Shown piece by piece: positions 9,241 to 20,106 of a stretch of 58,389 bases of DNA. The position numbers were made by a program, and so were the translations under genes. Position 1 is the stretch's first letter. Each line of letters opens with the position of its first letter. This DNA is from Gammaproteobacteria bacterium. GTDB taxonomy: Bacteria; Pseudomonadota; Gammaproteobacteria; Comchoanobacterales; Comchoanobacteraceae. Under the pieces are notes generated by a model that was not told the origin of the DNA, ran no database searches, and saw only the letters and a program-made list of their open reading frames with translations. Location: the NCBI GenBank assembly GCA_040266255.1, contig JBDQEV010000001.1, forward strand, positions 1 through 58,389, given 5' to 3'.

Positions 9241-11778
9241 ATGTACCAAGGACGGTTTAACTTAAAAGAAAAGCAACTGAATAAAATTGCGCAAGATAAA
9301 ATTTCATTTTGGCAGCAGTTACCATTTAGTTTGCGTATTCTACTTGAGAATGCATTGCGAAATGATTTGCTTGCTGCTGAGGAGACAATTGAAAAATTTT
9401 CAAATTGGCGGCAAGGGAATTATGGGTTGATCAATTACTGTCCAAGTCGAGTTTTGATGCAGGACTTGACTGGTGTTCCCGCATTGGTAGATTTAGCAGC
9501 AATGCGGGATGCAAGTCAATCTTTAGGTGCAGATCCACAAAAAATTAACCCATTATGTCGAGTTGATTTGGTGGCAGATCACTCAGTGACGGTTAACCAT
9601 TTTGGTTCTTCAGATGCATATATTAAAAATACAACTGATGAAATCAAGGACAATCAACAGCGCTATGCATTTTTAAAGTGGGCACAGGGTGCATTTGATG
9701 GTGTTAGGATTGTTCCGCCAGGTAAAGGTATTTGTCATCAGGTGAATTTAGAATATTTAGCTACGGTTGTAGAAACCAAAGATGACTGGGTATATCCAGA
9801 TACACTCGTTGGGTTAGATAGCCATACAACTATGATTAACGGCCTTGCAGTATTAGGCTGGGGTGTTGGTGGAATTGAAGCAGAAGCTGCAATGCTCGGT
9901 CAGCCGATTCGTATGGTATTACCAAAAGTAGTTGGTGTTGAGCTCAAGGGAAATATACAAGAAGGCGTGACTGCAACAGATGTGGTTTTAGCATTAACGC
10001 AGTTTCTGCGTGGTATGAATGTGGTAGGCTGTTTTGTTGAATTTTACGGCCAAGGGTTAAAAGACATGGATTTGGCGACACGAGCAACAATTGCTAATAT
10101 GGCGCCTGAGTTTGGTGCAACGTGTGCTTTTTTCCCAGCAGATGAAAAAACGCTGGAGTATTTGCAGTTGTCAGGGCGGAGTCAAGAGCATATCAACTTA
10201 GTAGAGGCGTATTTAAAAGATGCAGATTTATTCTATGACTTGAGTAATCAGGTCACATTTACGCAGCAAGTGATTTTTGATTTAGATGCTGTTGTGTCCT
10301 GTGTGGCAGGGCCGCTTAGGCCTGAGCAGATGCTGCCAGTATCAGAGTTGAAAAATATTGTGCAGCTACCAAATGCAAAAAGGGATGTATTGAGTGATGC
10401 ATCAGTCGTGATTGCTGCAATTACAAGTTGCACCAATACGTCTAACCCATCTGTATTAATTGCGGCAGGATTGGTTGCACAAAAAGCTAGAGCAAGAGGT
10501 TTAACTGTGCCCGATTGGGTGAAAACATCGATGGCACCTGGGTCAAGGGTGGTCATGCAGTACCTATCAGAGCTAGGTTTGGATCAAGATTTGGCCAGTT
10601 TGGGTTTTCATCTAGTTGGCTATGGGTGTACAACGTGTATTGGAAACTCAGGGCCGCTGGAAGATTGGGTTGCAGAAGCGATTACCAAGCAAGATTTAAA
10701 AGTCAGCGCAGTCTTATCAGGTAACAGAAACTTTGAAGGTAGGGTGCATCCTCAAACACAAATGAACTATTTGGCATCCCCCCCTCTTGTTGTAATATAT
10801 GCACTTGCTGGGACAACAGTGATTGATATTAGTCGTGACCCAATTGCTTACACAAAAGATCAACAACCAATATTTTTAAAAGATTTATGGCCAACCCAAG
10901 CTGAGATTAATCATGCGATGCAGTCAGTGCGGCAAGAGATGTTTCTGGAATCGTATCAAGACATCTTAGATGGAACAGAGGCGTGGGATGAGATTTTAAC
11001 CTCAGAAGGACACTCATATCATTGGGATGAAAGCTCAACATATATTCAAATGCCCCCATTTTTACAGCAAGTTAGCCAAAATGTAGAGCCAATGCAGGAT
11101 GTTGTTAACGCGCATGTGTTGGCGTATTTGGGTGATAGCGTGACGACTGATCATATCTCTCCAGCTGGGCATATTCCACATTTAAGTGCAGCGGGGCTGT
11201 ATTTGACCAGTAAAGGGGTGGATCAGTCTGCATTTAACTCTTATGGCTCAAGGCGTGGCAATGCAGAGGTCATGGTGCGAGGGACTTTAGCAAATATTAG
11301 ATTACAAAATAAGTTAGTTGCAGCAACTGGAGGTTTAACACGTCATATTCCAACTGGCGAAGAGATGAGTATCTATGATGCGGCAATGCGATATCAAAAG
11401 GATCAGACTCCGCTGGTGATCATCGCTGGAGAATCATATGGAGTTGGCTCTTCAAGAGACTGGGCAGCAAAAGGTGTAATGCTGTTGGGTGTAAAGGTGG
11501 TTATTGCTAAGAGCTTTGAAAGAATTCATCGAACAAACTTGATTGGCATGGGGGTATTGCCTTGTGTATTTAAAGGGCAAGCGCCAGAGTTAAATGGCAG
11601 TGAGCAGATTACGGTTAGTGGGATTGCATCTATGTCTGAACCAAATACAGACTTGGTATTAAGTATAGCAGGGTACGAACAACAGTATGTTATTCAGGCA
11701 TGCTTGCAAACAGATGCAGAGCTTTCATATTACAAGCATGGCGGTATTTTGCCATATGTCTTGCGCCAGCAGATCTAG
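9241..11778 (+). CDS. acnA: Aconitate hydratase A
   Basis: 'SRVLMQDLTGVPA', 'GICHQVNLE', 'AAITSCTNTSNP', 'GYGCTTCIGNSG', 'GSSRDWAAKG'. Confidence 0.97.
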   Translation: MYQGRFNLKEKQLNKIAQDKISFWQQLPFSLRILLENALRNDLLAAEETIEKFSNWRQGNYGLINYCPSRVLMQDLTGVPALVDLAAMRDASQSLGADPQKINPLCRVDLVADHSVTVNHFGSSDAYIKNTTDEIKDNQQRYAFLKWAQGAFDGVRIVPPGKGICHQVNLEYLATVVETKDDWVYPDTLVGLDSHTTMINGLAVLGWGVGGIEAEAAMLGQPIRMVLPKVVGVELKGNIQEGVTATDVVLALTQFLRGMNVVGCFVEFYGQGLKDMDLATRATIANMAPEFGATCAFFPADEKTLEYLQLSGRSQEHINLVEAYLKDADLFYDLSNQVTFTQQVIFDLDAVVSCVAGPLRPEQMLPVSELKNIVQLPNAKRDVLSDASVVIAAITSCTNTSNPSVLIAAGLVAQKARARGLTVPDWVKTSMAPGSRVVMQYLSELGLDQDLASLGFHLVGYGCTTCIGNSGPLEDWVAEAITKQDLKVSAVLSGNRNFEGRVHPQTQMNYLASPPLVVIYALAGTTVIDISRDPIAYTKDQQPIFLKDLWPTQAEINHAMQSVRQEMFLESYQDILDGTEAWDEILTSEGHSYHWDESSTYIQMPPFLQQVSQNVEPMQDVVNAHVLAYLGDSVTTDHISPAGHIPHLSAAGLYLTSKGVDQSAFNSYGSRRGNAEVMVRGTLANIRLQNKLVAATGGLTRHIPTGEEMSIYDAAMRYQKDQTPLVIIAGESYGVGSSRDWAAKGVMLLGVKVVIAKSFERIHRTNLIGMGVLPCVFKGQAPELNGSEQITVSGIASMSEPNTDLVLSIAGYEQQYVIQACLQTDAELSYYKHGGILPYVLRQQI

Positions 11779-12497
11779 CGTGCTGACTTGTAAGGATAGG
11801 GCTGGTTAAGAATTGCTTTTTGTTGGTCAATGATTGAAGAAATCAAGGGCCACGCTCCATCTAAAATTTTATTCAAGTGATTGCGGCTAAGCGGTTTTCT
11901 TTCGGCAGTGCCTTGTATTTCAACTAAGTCGCCATGCTCTGTCATCACAATATTAATGTCAACTTCAGCACGATGGTCTTTTTGGTAGTCAAGGTCGAAG
12001 CAAACCTCATTGTCTATAATGCCAGCAGAAACTGCCCCAATCATGTGTCGGAGTGGGTCAGAAGTAATGACTTTGTCGATTTGGAGTCGCTGTAGTGTTC
12101 TGACTAAAGCAATTTGTCCACCATTGATTGCATGGCAGCGAGTACTACCGTCAGCTTGTATGACATCATGATCGAGAATGATTGTAATGGCAGGTAGCTT
12201 GGTAATATCAATACTATTTCGAAATGAGCGACCAATTAATCTTTGAATCTCAGAACTGCGTGCAGAAATCTTGCCTTTATTGATATCTCTATCAACTCGA
12301 GTATGAGTTGCAAAAGGAAGCATTTGGTACTCTGCAGTAAGCCAGCCATGATTGGCGTTTCTTAAAAACCTTGGTACTTGTTCAATAATACTACCGGCAC
12401 AAATGATCTTGGTTTTTCCTGCATGAATTTCAACACAACTACTAGCATGATGTTGAGTGTGTTCAGTAATTTGAAGTTTGCGCATAACTGATGCCAT
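11775..12497 (-). CDS. rph: Ribonuclease PH
   Basis: 'GWLTAEYQMLP', 'EIQRLIGRS', 'DVIQADGSTR', 'DLDY', 'VEIQGTAE'. Confidence 0.93.
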   Translation of the reverse strand: MASVMRKLQITEHTQHHASSCVEIHAGKTKIICAGSIIEQVPRFLRNANHGWLTAEYQMLPFATHTRVDRDINKGKISARSSEIQRLIGRSFRNSIDITKLPAITIILDHDVIQADGSTRCHAINGGQIALVRTLQRLQIDKVITSDPLRHMIGAVSAGIIDNEVCFDLDYQKDHRAEVDINIVMTEHGDLVEIQGTAERKPLSRNHLNKILDGAWPLISSIIDQQKAILNQPYPYKSAR

Positions 12498-12595
12498 TGG
12501 TTTCTCGAAATATTTAAGCTATTATTACTGATTATTGTCTTTAAGTAAATCAAGAAGTATCGTAATATAGGGATAAATTAAGATGAGTGCTCAAT

Positions 12596-13132
12596 ATGTA
12601 TCAAATCCTTATTATCACAGGACCATCCGGGGTGGGTAAAACAGTATTATCTGAGCACCTATTAGAGCAAAAAACCTTCAAGCGTTGTATCACTTGTACA
12701 TCTAGAGTGCCACGACCGAAAGAGAAAGATGGGGTTGATTATTTTTTTCTGACACCTGAGGAGTTCAAAGTAACGCGTGAAAGTGGTGGGTTTGTTGAGT
12801 ATAGTCAGCATTATCAGGCTGAATATGGTATTAGACAGATAGACTTGGAGTCTGTGCTGCAAAAAGGGCATGTATTACTGGTCTTAGATTGCGGTGGCGC
12901 AAAAGCAGTTGTAAAACAGTACCCAAGTCATAGTGTGTTTATTGCACCACCATCGATAGAAGCGTTAGAAGAGCGATTGGTGAAACGTTCAGGCTCAGCA
13001 AAAGATAGAATCATTTATGCTGCTAAAGAAATGGAGCAGCAGAAGCATTTTGATCATGTTCTAGTCAATAAAGATTTAGAGAGCGCAAAACAAGCAATAT
13101 CAGATTGGGCTGATCAAATCATTAATTCTTAG
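12596..13132 (+). CDS. gmk: Guanylate kinase (ATG 12596; the ORF extends to GTG 12587)
   Basis: 'GPSGVGKT', 'TSRVPRPKEKDGVDYFF', 'FIAPPS'; gmk-rpoZ-spoT order. Confidence 0.95.
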   Translation: MYQILIITGPSGVGKTVLSEHLLEQKTFKRCITCTSRVPRPKEKDGVDYFFLTPEEFKVTRESGGFVEYSQHYQAEYGIRQIDLESVLQKGHVLLVLDCGGAKAVVKQYPSHSVFIAPPSIEALEERLVKRSGSAKDRIIYAAKEMEQQKHFDHVLVNKDLESAKQAISDWADQIINS

Positions 13133-13140
13133 GAAATCAG

Positions 13141-13168
13141 TTGCAGACTGCATAATATAATGTATAAT
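13141..13168 (+). promoter_or_regulatory. Putative sigma70 promoter for rpoZ-spoT
   Basis: TTGCAG (13141-13146), 16 bp spacer, TATAAT (13163-13168), about 23 bp before the rpoZ ATG. Confidence 0.4.
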
Positions 13169-13191
13169 AAACATTATTTTGGGGATTAGGA

Positions 13192-13413
13192 ATGGCAAGA
13201 ATTACAATGCAAGACTGTCAAAGTGTGATCGAAAGTCCTTTTGAGATTGTTACAGTTGCAGCAGAAAGAGCACGTCAATTACAAGATGGTTTCAACCCGA
13301 TGGTTAATGCGAATGATAATAAGCCAGCAGTGATAGCACTTAGAGAAATTGCTGCAGGTAAATTGACATCCGATGGGGTTCAAGAGGATCCAGAGGAAAT
13401 GGAAGAATTTTAA
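13192..13413 (+). CDS. rpoZ: RNA polymerase omega subunit
   Basis: 'MARITMQDC', 'AAERARQL', 'KPAVIALREIAAG'. Confidence 0.96.
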   Translation: MARITMQDCQSVIESPFEIVTVAAERARQLQDGFNPMVNANDNKPAVIALREIAAGKLTSDGVQEDPEEMEEF

Positions 13414-13422
13414 AGGCTAAGG

Positions 13423-15516
13423 ATGAATGTATCACATTCAACTGCAGGGTTTGGCTTACTCAATTATTTAGACTACTTAACCCAAAAGGAAAGAAAGCAG
13501 GTTGCTTTAGCTTTTAGGTTTGCAAATAAAGCACATAGTGGCCAGTATAGAGTATCTGGTGAGCCATATATTACTCATCCTGTTTCAGTATCAATTATAT
13601 TAGCTTCATTAAAGCAAGATGCCACTTCTATTATGGCTGGACTTTTGCATGATGTTGTTGAAGATACAGCAGTAACACATCAAGAAATAGAAACACATTT
13701 TGGTCAAGATGTTGCACATATTGTAGAGGGAGTAACAAAGTTCAGTCATGTTCAGTATGGTAGTCCTCTAAAGCGTGAGGGTGAAAACTATCGAAAGATG
13801 TTTATTTCGATGTCAAAAGATATTCGAGTGATTATTGTTAAGCTAGCAGATCGACTACATAATATGCGCACTATTCAAGTGATGCCTGCCGAAAAGAGAA
13901 AGCGTTTAGCGCATGAGACTTTAGAGATTTATGCACCAATTGCTAAAAGGTTAGGGATGCAAATGATTTCAATAGAGCTAGAGGAACTTGGGTTTGCAGC
14001 ACTGTATCCTTTACGCTATATGATCTTGCTTTCTCATATGTATCGCGTTAGTGCAGGTCAAGCAGAGGTGTTAGCACATTTGGAGCGAGAGATTCGTTTA
14101 AAGGCGCATGAAGTAGGGCTTAATGTTTTGGATGTGAGTACACGGGAAAAGCAGTTGTATGGCATATATAGAAAGATGTCTAAGCGTAAGAGCTTTAATG
14201 ATTTGCTGGACGTATATGCACTGCGAGTTTGTGTCAAAGATGTCAAGAGTTGTTATGCAATGCTTGGTATATTGCATGGGATGTATATGCCAAAGCCAAA
14301 GAGCTTCAAAGATTATGTTGCAGCGCCAAAAAGAAATGGCTACCAGTCTTTACATACGGTGTTGTATGGACCACATGGTACACCAATTGAGATACAAATT
14401 CGTACCAAAGAAATGCATATGATGGCAACACAAGGCATTGCGTCACACTGGTTATATAAAACAGGTCAAAGTGAGTTTAATTGCAAAAAGCATCAAGCGT
14501 GGTTTAATCAGCTTGCTGAAGCAAAATCAACTTGTGCTACAGATGCAAGCTTTATTGATTTAATTAAGCATACAGTTTATGAGTCAGAGTTGTATGTATT
14601 AACCCCAAGGGGGAAAATTATTGAGCTTAAAAGTGGCTCATCAGTTTTAGATTTCGCTTATAGCATTCATACTGATGTAGGTCACCAAGCGAGCTTTGCA
14701 ATTGTTGATCGTGAAGATGTGCCGATTAGTACAATATTAGAGAATGGACAAACAGTAGAGATTGTTACAAGCGAGTCTGTTACACCAAAACCTGAGTGGT
14801 TAGACTTTGTGAAAACTTCTAGGGCAAAAACCAATATTAAAGTTTTTCTAAAAGAACAAGTGCTTGGTTCTCAAGATAGTCTAGGGTATAAGATTTTATC
14901 CTATGCATTTGAAAAGAAAGGTATGGGGTATTTGGTGAATCGGAAGATATTAGATGATTTGCTGGAGCATGCTGGTATGCAAACGCATGATGTGTATGGT
15001 CAGCTAGGGCGTGGTGAAATTGACCCTGAAGCAGTTATTGATTCATGTCAAGTTGAGTATTTCTGCCAAGTCTCTCAAGCAGGCGTGAAACCAATTTTAA
15101 TTGAAGCTAAGCCGGGTGTTGAAAAGTTTGCAAACTGTTGTTGTCCTATCCCAGGTGATGAGATTGTTGCAATGATGTTGCCTAATGATGGTCTGACAGT
15201 ACATAGAGACAATTGCAGGGCGATTGATTTATTGCATCAGCAGCCATTGTCTGCTAAGTGGGGTGATGTTGGACAGAGTGAGTTTACTACAGTGTGTACG
15301 GTTGAGGTAAAACCGAGTCCAAGAGCGATTTTTAATTGCTTAAGTATTTTGTCAGAGATGAAGATTAATGTACTGGGTTTCAAAACAGAGTTAGAGCATG
15401 CTAAATGTGCGTATTCGATTACAATGCAAGTTCGGTCTAAAAAGCATTTAGAGATTGCATTAAAAAGTTTAAATCAATTGAAGATTGTTGAGAAAGTAAA
15501 AAGAGAGGCGAGATGA
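13423..15516 (+). CDS. spoT: Bifunctional (p)ppGpp synthetase/hydrolase SpoT
   Basis: Intact HD motif 'LLHDVVED', 'KLADRLHNMRT', synthetase 'YQSLHT..EIQIRT', TGS 'DFAYSIHTDVG', 'CCCPIPGD', C-terminal ACT domain. Confidence 0.95.
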   Translation: MNVSHSTAGFGLLNYLDYLTQKERKQVALAFRFANKAHSGQYRVSGEPYITHPVSVSIILASLKQDATSIMAGLLHDVVEDTAVTHQEIETHFGQDVAHIVEGVTKFSHVQYGSPLKREGENYRKMFISMSKDIRVIIVKLADRLHNMRTIQVMPAEKRKRLAHETLEIYAPIAKRLGMQMISIELEELGFAALYPLRYMILLSHMYRVSAGQAEVLAHLEREIRLKAHEVGLNVLDVSTREKQLYGIYRKMSKRKSFNDLLDVYALRVCVKDVKSCYAMLGILHGMYMPKPKSFKDYVAAPKRNGYQSLHTVLYGPHGTPIEIQIRTKEMHMMATQGIASHWLYKTGQSEFNCKKHQAWFNQLAEAKSTCATDASFIDLIKHTVYESELYVLTPRGKIIELKSGSSVLDFAYSIHTDVGHQASFAIVDREDVPISTILENGQTVEIVTSESVTPKPEWLDFVKTSRAKTNIKVFLKEQVLGSQDSLGYKILSYAFEKKGMGYLVNRKILDDLLEHAGMQTHDVYGQLGRGEIDPEAVIDSCQVEYFCQVSQAGVKPILIEAKPGVEKFANCCCPIPGDEIVAMMLPNDGLTVHRDNCRAIDLLHQQPLSAKWGDVGQSEFTTVCTVEVKPSPRAIFNCLSILSEMKINVLGFKTELEHAKCAYSITMQVRSKKHLEIALKSLNQLKIVEKVKREAR

Positions 15517-16622
15517 TTGTTATTATTGGATCTGGACTATCTGGACAGTTGGTTCTTCGTGGATTAAGAGATAAAGGCTACGTGGGTAAGATTACAATGA
15601 TCAGTGAGCATATTGCAGACTTCTACTCTAAACCAAGCTTATCAAATTTAGTGAAGCAAAATAAACAAGCACATGATTTGATTCAAATGAGTGAATCTGA
15701 AATTGCTGAAAAATATGATGTATCAATACTGAGTCAGCAATCTGTAACAAGCATTGATCGTGAAAATAAAATCGTGTATGTGGATAAGAAAGAAGTTCCA
15801 TATAAGCAGTTGGTTTTAGCAACAGGTGCAGTACCAAAAGAATTCGATATTTTAGCAAATGATAAAAGGATCTTTCGTGTCAATGATTTGTGGGCATATG
15901 ATCGCTTTTCAAAAAAGTTAAACAAGAACACACGCCTGGTTATATTGGGAGGCGGCCTAATTGGTTGTGAGTTTGCAAATGATTTGATGAGTCAAGTGGG
16001 CAGTATAGCAGTGTTAGAAGCTAGCTCATCTTTGATGTCTCAGATGGTGCCAAAAGAAATTGGGCAAGGGCTTAAACAACAGTTGGAAACAATTGGTGTC
16101 CAAGTCCATACTTCAAGTCCATTAGAAAAGATTGAAGAAAAATCAGATGCTTTAAAACTATACTGTCAAGATCAAGTCTTAGAGGCTGATATTGTATTAG
16201 CAGCTGTAGGAATGGTGACAAATACCAAACTTGCAAAAGAGGCTGGATTAGACGTTGAACAAGGTGTTTTGATTAATCAATATGCGCAAACTAGTGATCC
16301 CGATATTTACGCTATAGGTGACTGTACACAGTCACAGTGGGGTGTGAGATATTATGTTGCACCACTGAAGCTCACAGCAGAGGTCGTAGTCAGTCAATTG
16401 ATGGCTGGTGATCTTTTCTTGCAATTTCCAGCGCTGCCCGTAATGGTAAAAACGCCAGTTTATCCTATTTGTTTTTGTATAAAAGCACCACCTGATCGTT
16501 GGGAAGTTGAACAGCAAGATGGTGGAGTAAAAGCGTTAGGGTATTTAGAAAACACAATGGTTGCCTTTGCACTGACAGGTAAATACATGCCTCAAAGGGT
16601 GCAATTGAAACAGCAATTGTAG
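15513..16622 (+). CDS. FAD/NAD(P)-dependent oxidoreductase, rubredoxin-NAD+ reductase-like
   Basis: 'IIGSGLSG', 'FYSKPSLS', 'LVLATGA', 'GGGLIGCEFANDL', 'IYAIGDC', 'PVMVKTP'. Confidence 0.85.
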   Translation: MIVIIGSGLSGQLVLRGLRDKGYVGKITMISEHIADFYSKPSLSNLVKQNKQAHDLIQMSESEIAEKYDVSILSQQSVTSIDRENKIVYVDKKEVPYKQLVLATGAVPKEFDILANDKRIFRVNDLWAYDRFSKKLNKNTRLVILGGGLIGCEFANDLMSQVGSIAVLEASSSLMSQMVPKEIGQGLKQQLETIGVQVHTSSPLEKIEEKSDALKLYCQDQVLEADIVLAAVGMVTNTKLAKEAGLDVEQGVLINQYAQTSDPDIYAIGDCTQSQWGVRYYVAPLKLTAEVVVSQLMAGDLFLQFPALPVMVKTPVYPICFCIKAPPDRWEVEQQDGGVKALGYLENTMVAFALTGKYMPQRVQLKQQL

Positions 16623-16690
16623 ATATATAAATCCACTGATGACTTTAAGGGCTTCATGCGCTATATTTTGTTACAGATGAATTTGGAAAA

Positions 16691-17878
16691 ATGTTCATGA
16701 TAAATTTTTTAAAAAAGCTTTTTTTGCCAGCTCCAGGGCCTCAGCAAGTTATTGAGAGAGATCATCATCATCTCAGCTTCAAAGATGTTGATCCTAATGC
16801 ACTTTCAGTTTTAAAAGGGTTGCATAAAAAAGGCCATGATGCTTATTTGGTTGGGGGAGTCATCAGAGATTTAGGCTCTGGTGTCATGACCAAAGATTGT
16901 GATGTGGTAACTTCAGCCAAGCCCGATAAAGTCAATAAATGCTTTAAGCGTAGTGTATGTATTGGGAAGCGTTTTAGATTGGTGCATGTATTCTTTGGTC
17001 GACAATTTATAGAAGTTTCTACTTTTAGAGCGAATGCAATGCGAGGCAGGGTTTATGCAAATAATGGCATGATCAAACGCGATAATGTTTATGGTAAAAT
17101 CCATGATGATGTGATGCGTAGAGACTTTACCATTAATGCTTTATATATGCGTTATCCAGATGGTGCAATTATTGATTACTTAGGCGGATGGGAAGATCTA
17201 CAAAGTAAATCATTGAGAAGTATTGGCCCAGCATCTGAGAGATTTAAAGAAGATCCAATTAGAATTCTTAGAGCAATTCGCTTTAAGGCAAAACTATCAC
17301 TTAGTATGAGTGATGAAATTGAACAGGCCATTGAGCAGCTGAAAAAGCGCTTATTAGATGTACCAGGGCAGAGACTGTTTGTTGAAGTAGTGAAACTGTA
17401 TTACTCAGGTTATGCCGTTGAGGTAAATCGATTGATATGGGAAAAAGGAATTTTTCAAGTTTTATTCCCAGATGCGATAAAGTCAAATCAAAAGCTAGCC
17501 AAACAGCTGATGATGAGATTAAGTGCTGCAGCTGATTTACGGTATAAAAACCAGGATAAGCTCAGTGTTGCATATTTAATTGCAACATTGTATTGGGCTA
17601 AGTGTGAGTCTGAAATGAGAGAAAAGAAGATGAAAGGTTTTTCAGCAAAGTTGGCCAAAGAAGTATTGCTAAATTCTAGTATGGATGTACCACCAAGAGT
17701 ATGTGATGCAGTGATTGAAATTTGGCAGTTGCAATACTTATTTAGAGCAAAAGAGAAGATGCTAAATCGAGTTCAGAGATCATCTAGGCTAAGAGCTGGG
17801 TATGATTTATTATCTGCACGTGCTACTTATCAAGAAAGATTAGTAGATCTTGGCTTCTACTGGGAAGAGTATGTCTAG
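16691..17878 (+). CDS. pcnB: Poly(A) polymerase I
   Basis: 'YLVGGVIRD..KDCDVVT', PAP-specific 'IGKRFRLVHV', 'RRDFTINAL', 'EDPIRILRA'. Confidence 0.92.
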   Translation: MFMINFLKKLFLPAPGPQQVIERDHHHLSFKDVDPNALSVLKGLHKKGHDAYLVGGVIRDLGSGVMTKDCDVVTSAKPDKVNKCFKRSVCIGKRFRLVHVFFGRQFIEVSTFRANAMRGRVYANNGMIKRDNVYGKIHDDVMRRDFTINALYMRYPDGAIIDYLGGWEDLQSKSLRSIGPASERFKEDPIRILRAIRFKAKLSLSMSDEIEQAIEQLKKRLLDVPGQRLFVEVVKLYYSGYAVEVNRLIWEKGIFQVLFPDAIKSNQKLAKQLMMRLSAAADLRYKNQDKLSVAYLIATLYWAKCESEMREKKMKGFSAKLAKEVLLNSSMDVPPRVCDAVIEIWQLQYLFRAKEKMLNRVQRSSRLRAGYDLLSARATYQERLVDLGFYWEEYV

Positions 17879-18107
17879 TACTCAGCTGATTAAGGGCCAT
17901 GTATATCGCATCATGGGCTTCATTGTAGATTGTCGTCAAAAAAGATCTCGCTTGGTCGCTTTAGGTTTTATTCCTGGTGTTGAAATAGAGTGTATTACAA
18001 GTTGGTTTTTCGGTAAATACTGGCTGATCTGTATAGGAACACAATGCTACGGCATGAGTCATCAAGAGTTGGCTTTGCTGAGGCTGCATGTGATTAATTA
18101 TGATTAA
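17871..18107 (+). CDS. feoA: Ferrous iron transport protein FeoA (ATG 17871)
   Basis: 'RSRLVALGFIPGVEI' motif; directly upstream of feoB. Confidence 0.85.
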   Translation: MSSTQLIKGHVYRIMGFIVDCRQKRSRLVALGFIPGVEIECITSWFFGKYWLICIGTQCYGMSHQELALLRLHVINYD

Positions 18108-20106
18108 TTGCGCGTTAATTGGTTTGCCGAATACGGGTAAGACAAGCTTTTTCAATGCTCTAACCAATTCAAGAGGCAAAACTGGTAACTGGTCAGGTGT
18201 TACTGTTCAAGAAAGCCATGCAAAAATTCAAGGTACTGAAATTACTGTAATTGACTTGCCGGGTGTGATTGGTTTATTTGAGAGTCATGACCAAATTGAT
18301 TACCAGGTCAGTTTAACCGCGGTTGAAACTGCTGATATTATAGTGCAAGTTTTAGATGTTCAGCATTTACACCGAGATTTGATTTTAACCATTCAGCTTT
18401 TGTTGCTGGGTAAGCCATTAGTAGTGGTATTAAATCACACAAAAGAGCAGAATCTAAAGATGATTCAAAAGATGCTGCCAGTGATCGCTTTGCCGTTTGA
18501 TGCGCCTACATCATGCTTTATTGATGCGATTAAATCATCCAAAGTTGTTAATTTTGACTCTGTAGTAGACTGGCCTGTTGGGTTCTCCTCGGTCTATCAA
18601 AAAGCACCAATTCAAGGCACCAAGAAGGACAAAATGCAATGGCTGATACAGTCAAGCTTTGAAATTGATGGGTTATCGATGGATGTATTGATTCATGAAA
18701 CCTTTTATAATACTGCTAGAACCTGGCTTAATCGTGCAGGATTGCTCAAAAAAAATGCGATGAGGCATCTTTATCTAGATGAGTATTTACTTTCTCCTTG
18801 GATAGGGGTGCCTATTTTTTTAGTGATGATGTATTTGATGTTTTTCTGCACGATAGGCATTGGGGGTGTTATCGGAGAATTCTTGTCTGATTTAATGCAA
18901 GTACTGTTTAACTTCATTTTGCCGGATAACTTTTTAGGCAGGGCAGTTTATTCTGTTGCAACAGGTGTTGCGATGTGTGCGGCATTTATTCCTATTTTGT
19001 CTATCATGTATATTTTTATTGGGTACATGGAGCAAACAGGTTATTTAGCGCGAGTCGCGTTATTGGCTGATATACTCATGCGGCCACTTGGGTTAAGTGG
19101 GCACTCATTTATTCCTTTGCTGCTGGGCTTTGGTTGTAATGTGCCAGCAATTATGGCTATTCGAGTTGTCGAGGGTCGTTCACAGCGCTTGCTAACAGCA
19201 TTAATGGTGCCTTTTATATCATGTTCAGCAAGGCTAAGTATATTGGCAATATTTGCAGGTGCTTTTTTTGCAAAAATTGCAACTACTGTCATTCTAACAC
19301 TATATGTTTGTGGGCTGATGTTGGCATTTTTTTCATTATGGTGGTTAAAGAAGGTATTGAATATAGGGAAGGCGGCATCTATGTCGCTAAGCCTGCCCCA
19401 GATACAATGGCCTGAGTTTTCATCTATTGTGCATAATGCTCACTTAAGAGTGAAAACGTTTGTGCTGCGGTCAGCAAAATTAATTGTAGGATTTTCGGGA
19501 GCTGTTGGGCTGTTATCTAATATTAATCAATACGGTGAAGTAGTCGATATTGAATACTCTTTGATTGCAGTTTTGGGAAAAACAATAGCACCATATTTTA
19601 GTTTTATGGGTCTTGGCATAGAGCTGTGGCAGCCAGTAGTAGCTTTACTTGCTGGAGTAGTTGCTAAAGAGATTGTCTTAACAACTCTCAACAGCTTATA
19701 TCATTTATCTGCTGTGAGTGAACTAGGCTTTGTTGATAGTATCATGGATGTTTGTGCTCAGATGTATCACCGTTTGCTAGAGCTATTTGGGGTAGAAGTT
19801 TTGGGTGAGGCAGCTTCTCCACTACAGCAAGTCATACCAAGCGAGGCAGCATTGGCTTATATGGTTTTTATACTGCTATATTTTCCTTGTGTATCAACAT
19901 TGGTTGTGCTCAAGCAAGAGTGTGGTACAAAGTGGGCTTTATTATCGTTCGGTTTTACAACGGTTCTGTCTGTTTGGGCCGCAACGGTAGTTTACAGAGG
20001 TGTAGGACTTGAAACAGTAATTTTAGCAATTATTATGCTACTATGTATTATCTTAAGGAATATATATGACGCCTATTGCAGTGCAAAAACTATTTATGCA
20101 TCATAG
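18100..20106 (+). CDS. feoB: Ferrous iron transporter FeoB
   Basis: G1 'GLPNTGKTS', 'GNWSGVTV', 'DLPG', 'GFGCNVPAIMA', 'PFISCSARL', 'LYFPCVST'. Confidence 0.95.
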   Translation: MINCALIGLPNTGKTSFFNALTNSRGKTGNWSGVTVQESHAKIQGTEITVIDLPGVIGLFESHDQIDYQVSLTAVETADIIVQVLDVQHLHRDLILTIQLLLLGKPLVVVLNHTKEQNLKMIQKMLPVIALPFDAPTSCFIDAIKSSKVVNFDSVVDWPVGFSSVYQKAPIQGTKKDKMQWLIQSSFEIDGLSMDVLIHETFYNTARTWLNRAGLLKKNAMRHLYLDEYLLSPWIGVPIFLVMMYLMFFCTIGIGGVIGEFLSDLMQVLFNFILPDNFLGRAVYSVATGVAMCAAFIPILSIMYIFIGYMEQTGYLARVALLADILMRPLGLSGHSFIPLLLGFGCNVPAIMAIRVVEGRSQRLLTALMVPFISCSARLSILAIFAGAFFAKIATTVILTLYVCGLMLAFFSLWWLKKVLNIGKAASMSLSLPQIQWPEFSSIVHNAHLRVKTFVLRSAKLIVGFSGAVGLLSNINQYGEVVDIEYSLIAVLGKTIAPYFSFMGLGIELWQPVVALLAGVVAKEIVLTTLNSLYHLSAVSELGFVDSIMDVCAQMYHRLLELFGVEVLGEAASPLQQVIPSEAALAYMVFILLYFPCVSTLVVLKQECGTKWALLSFGFTTVLSVWAATVVYRGVGLETVILAIIMLLCIILRNIYDAYCSAKTIYAS

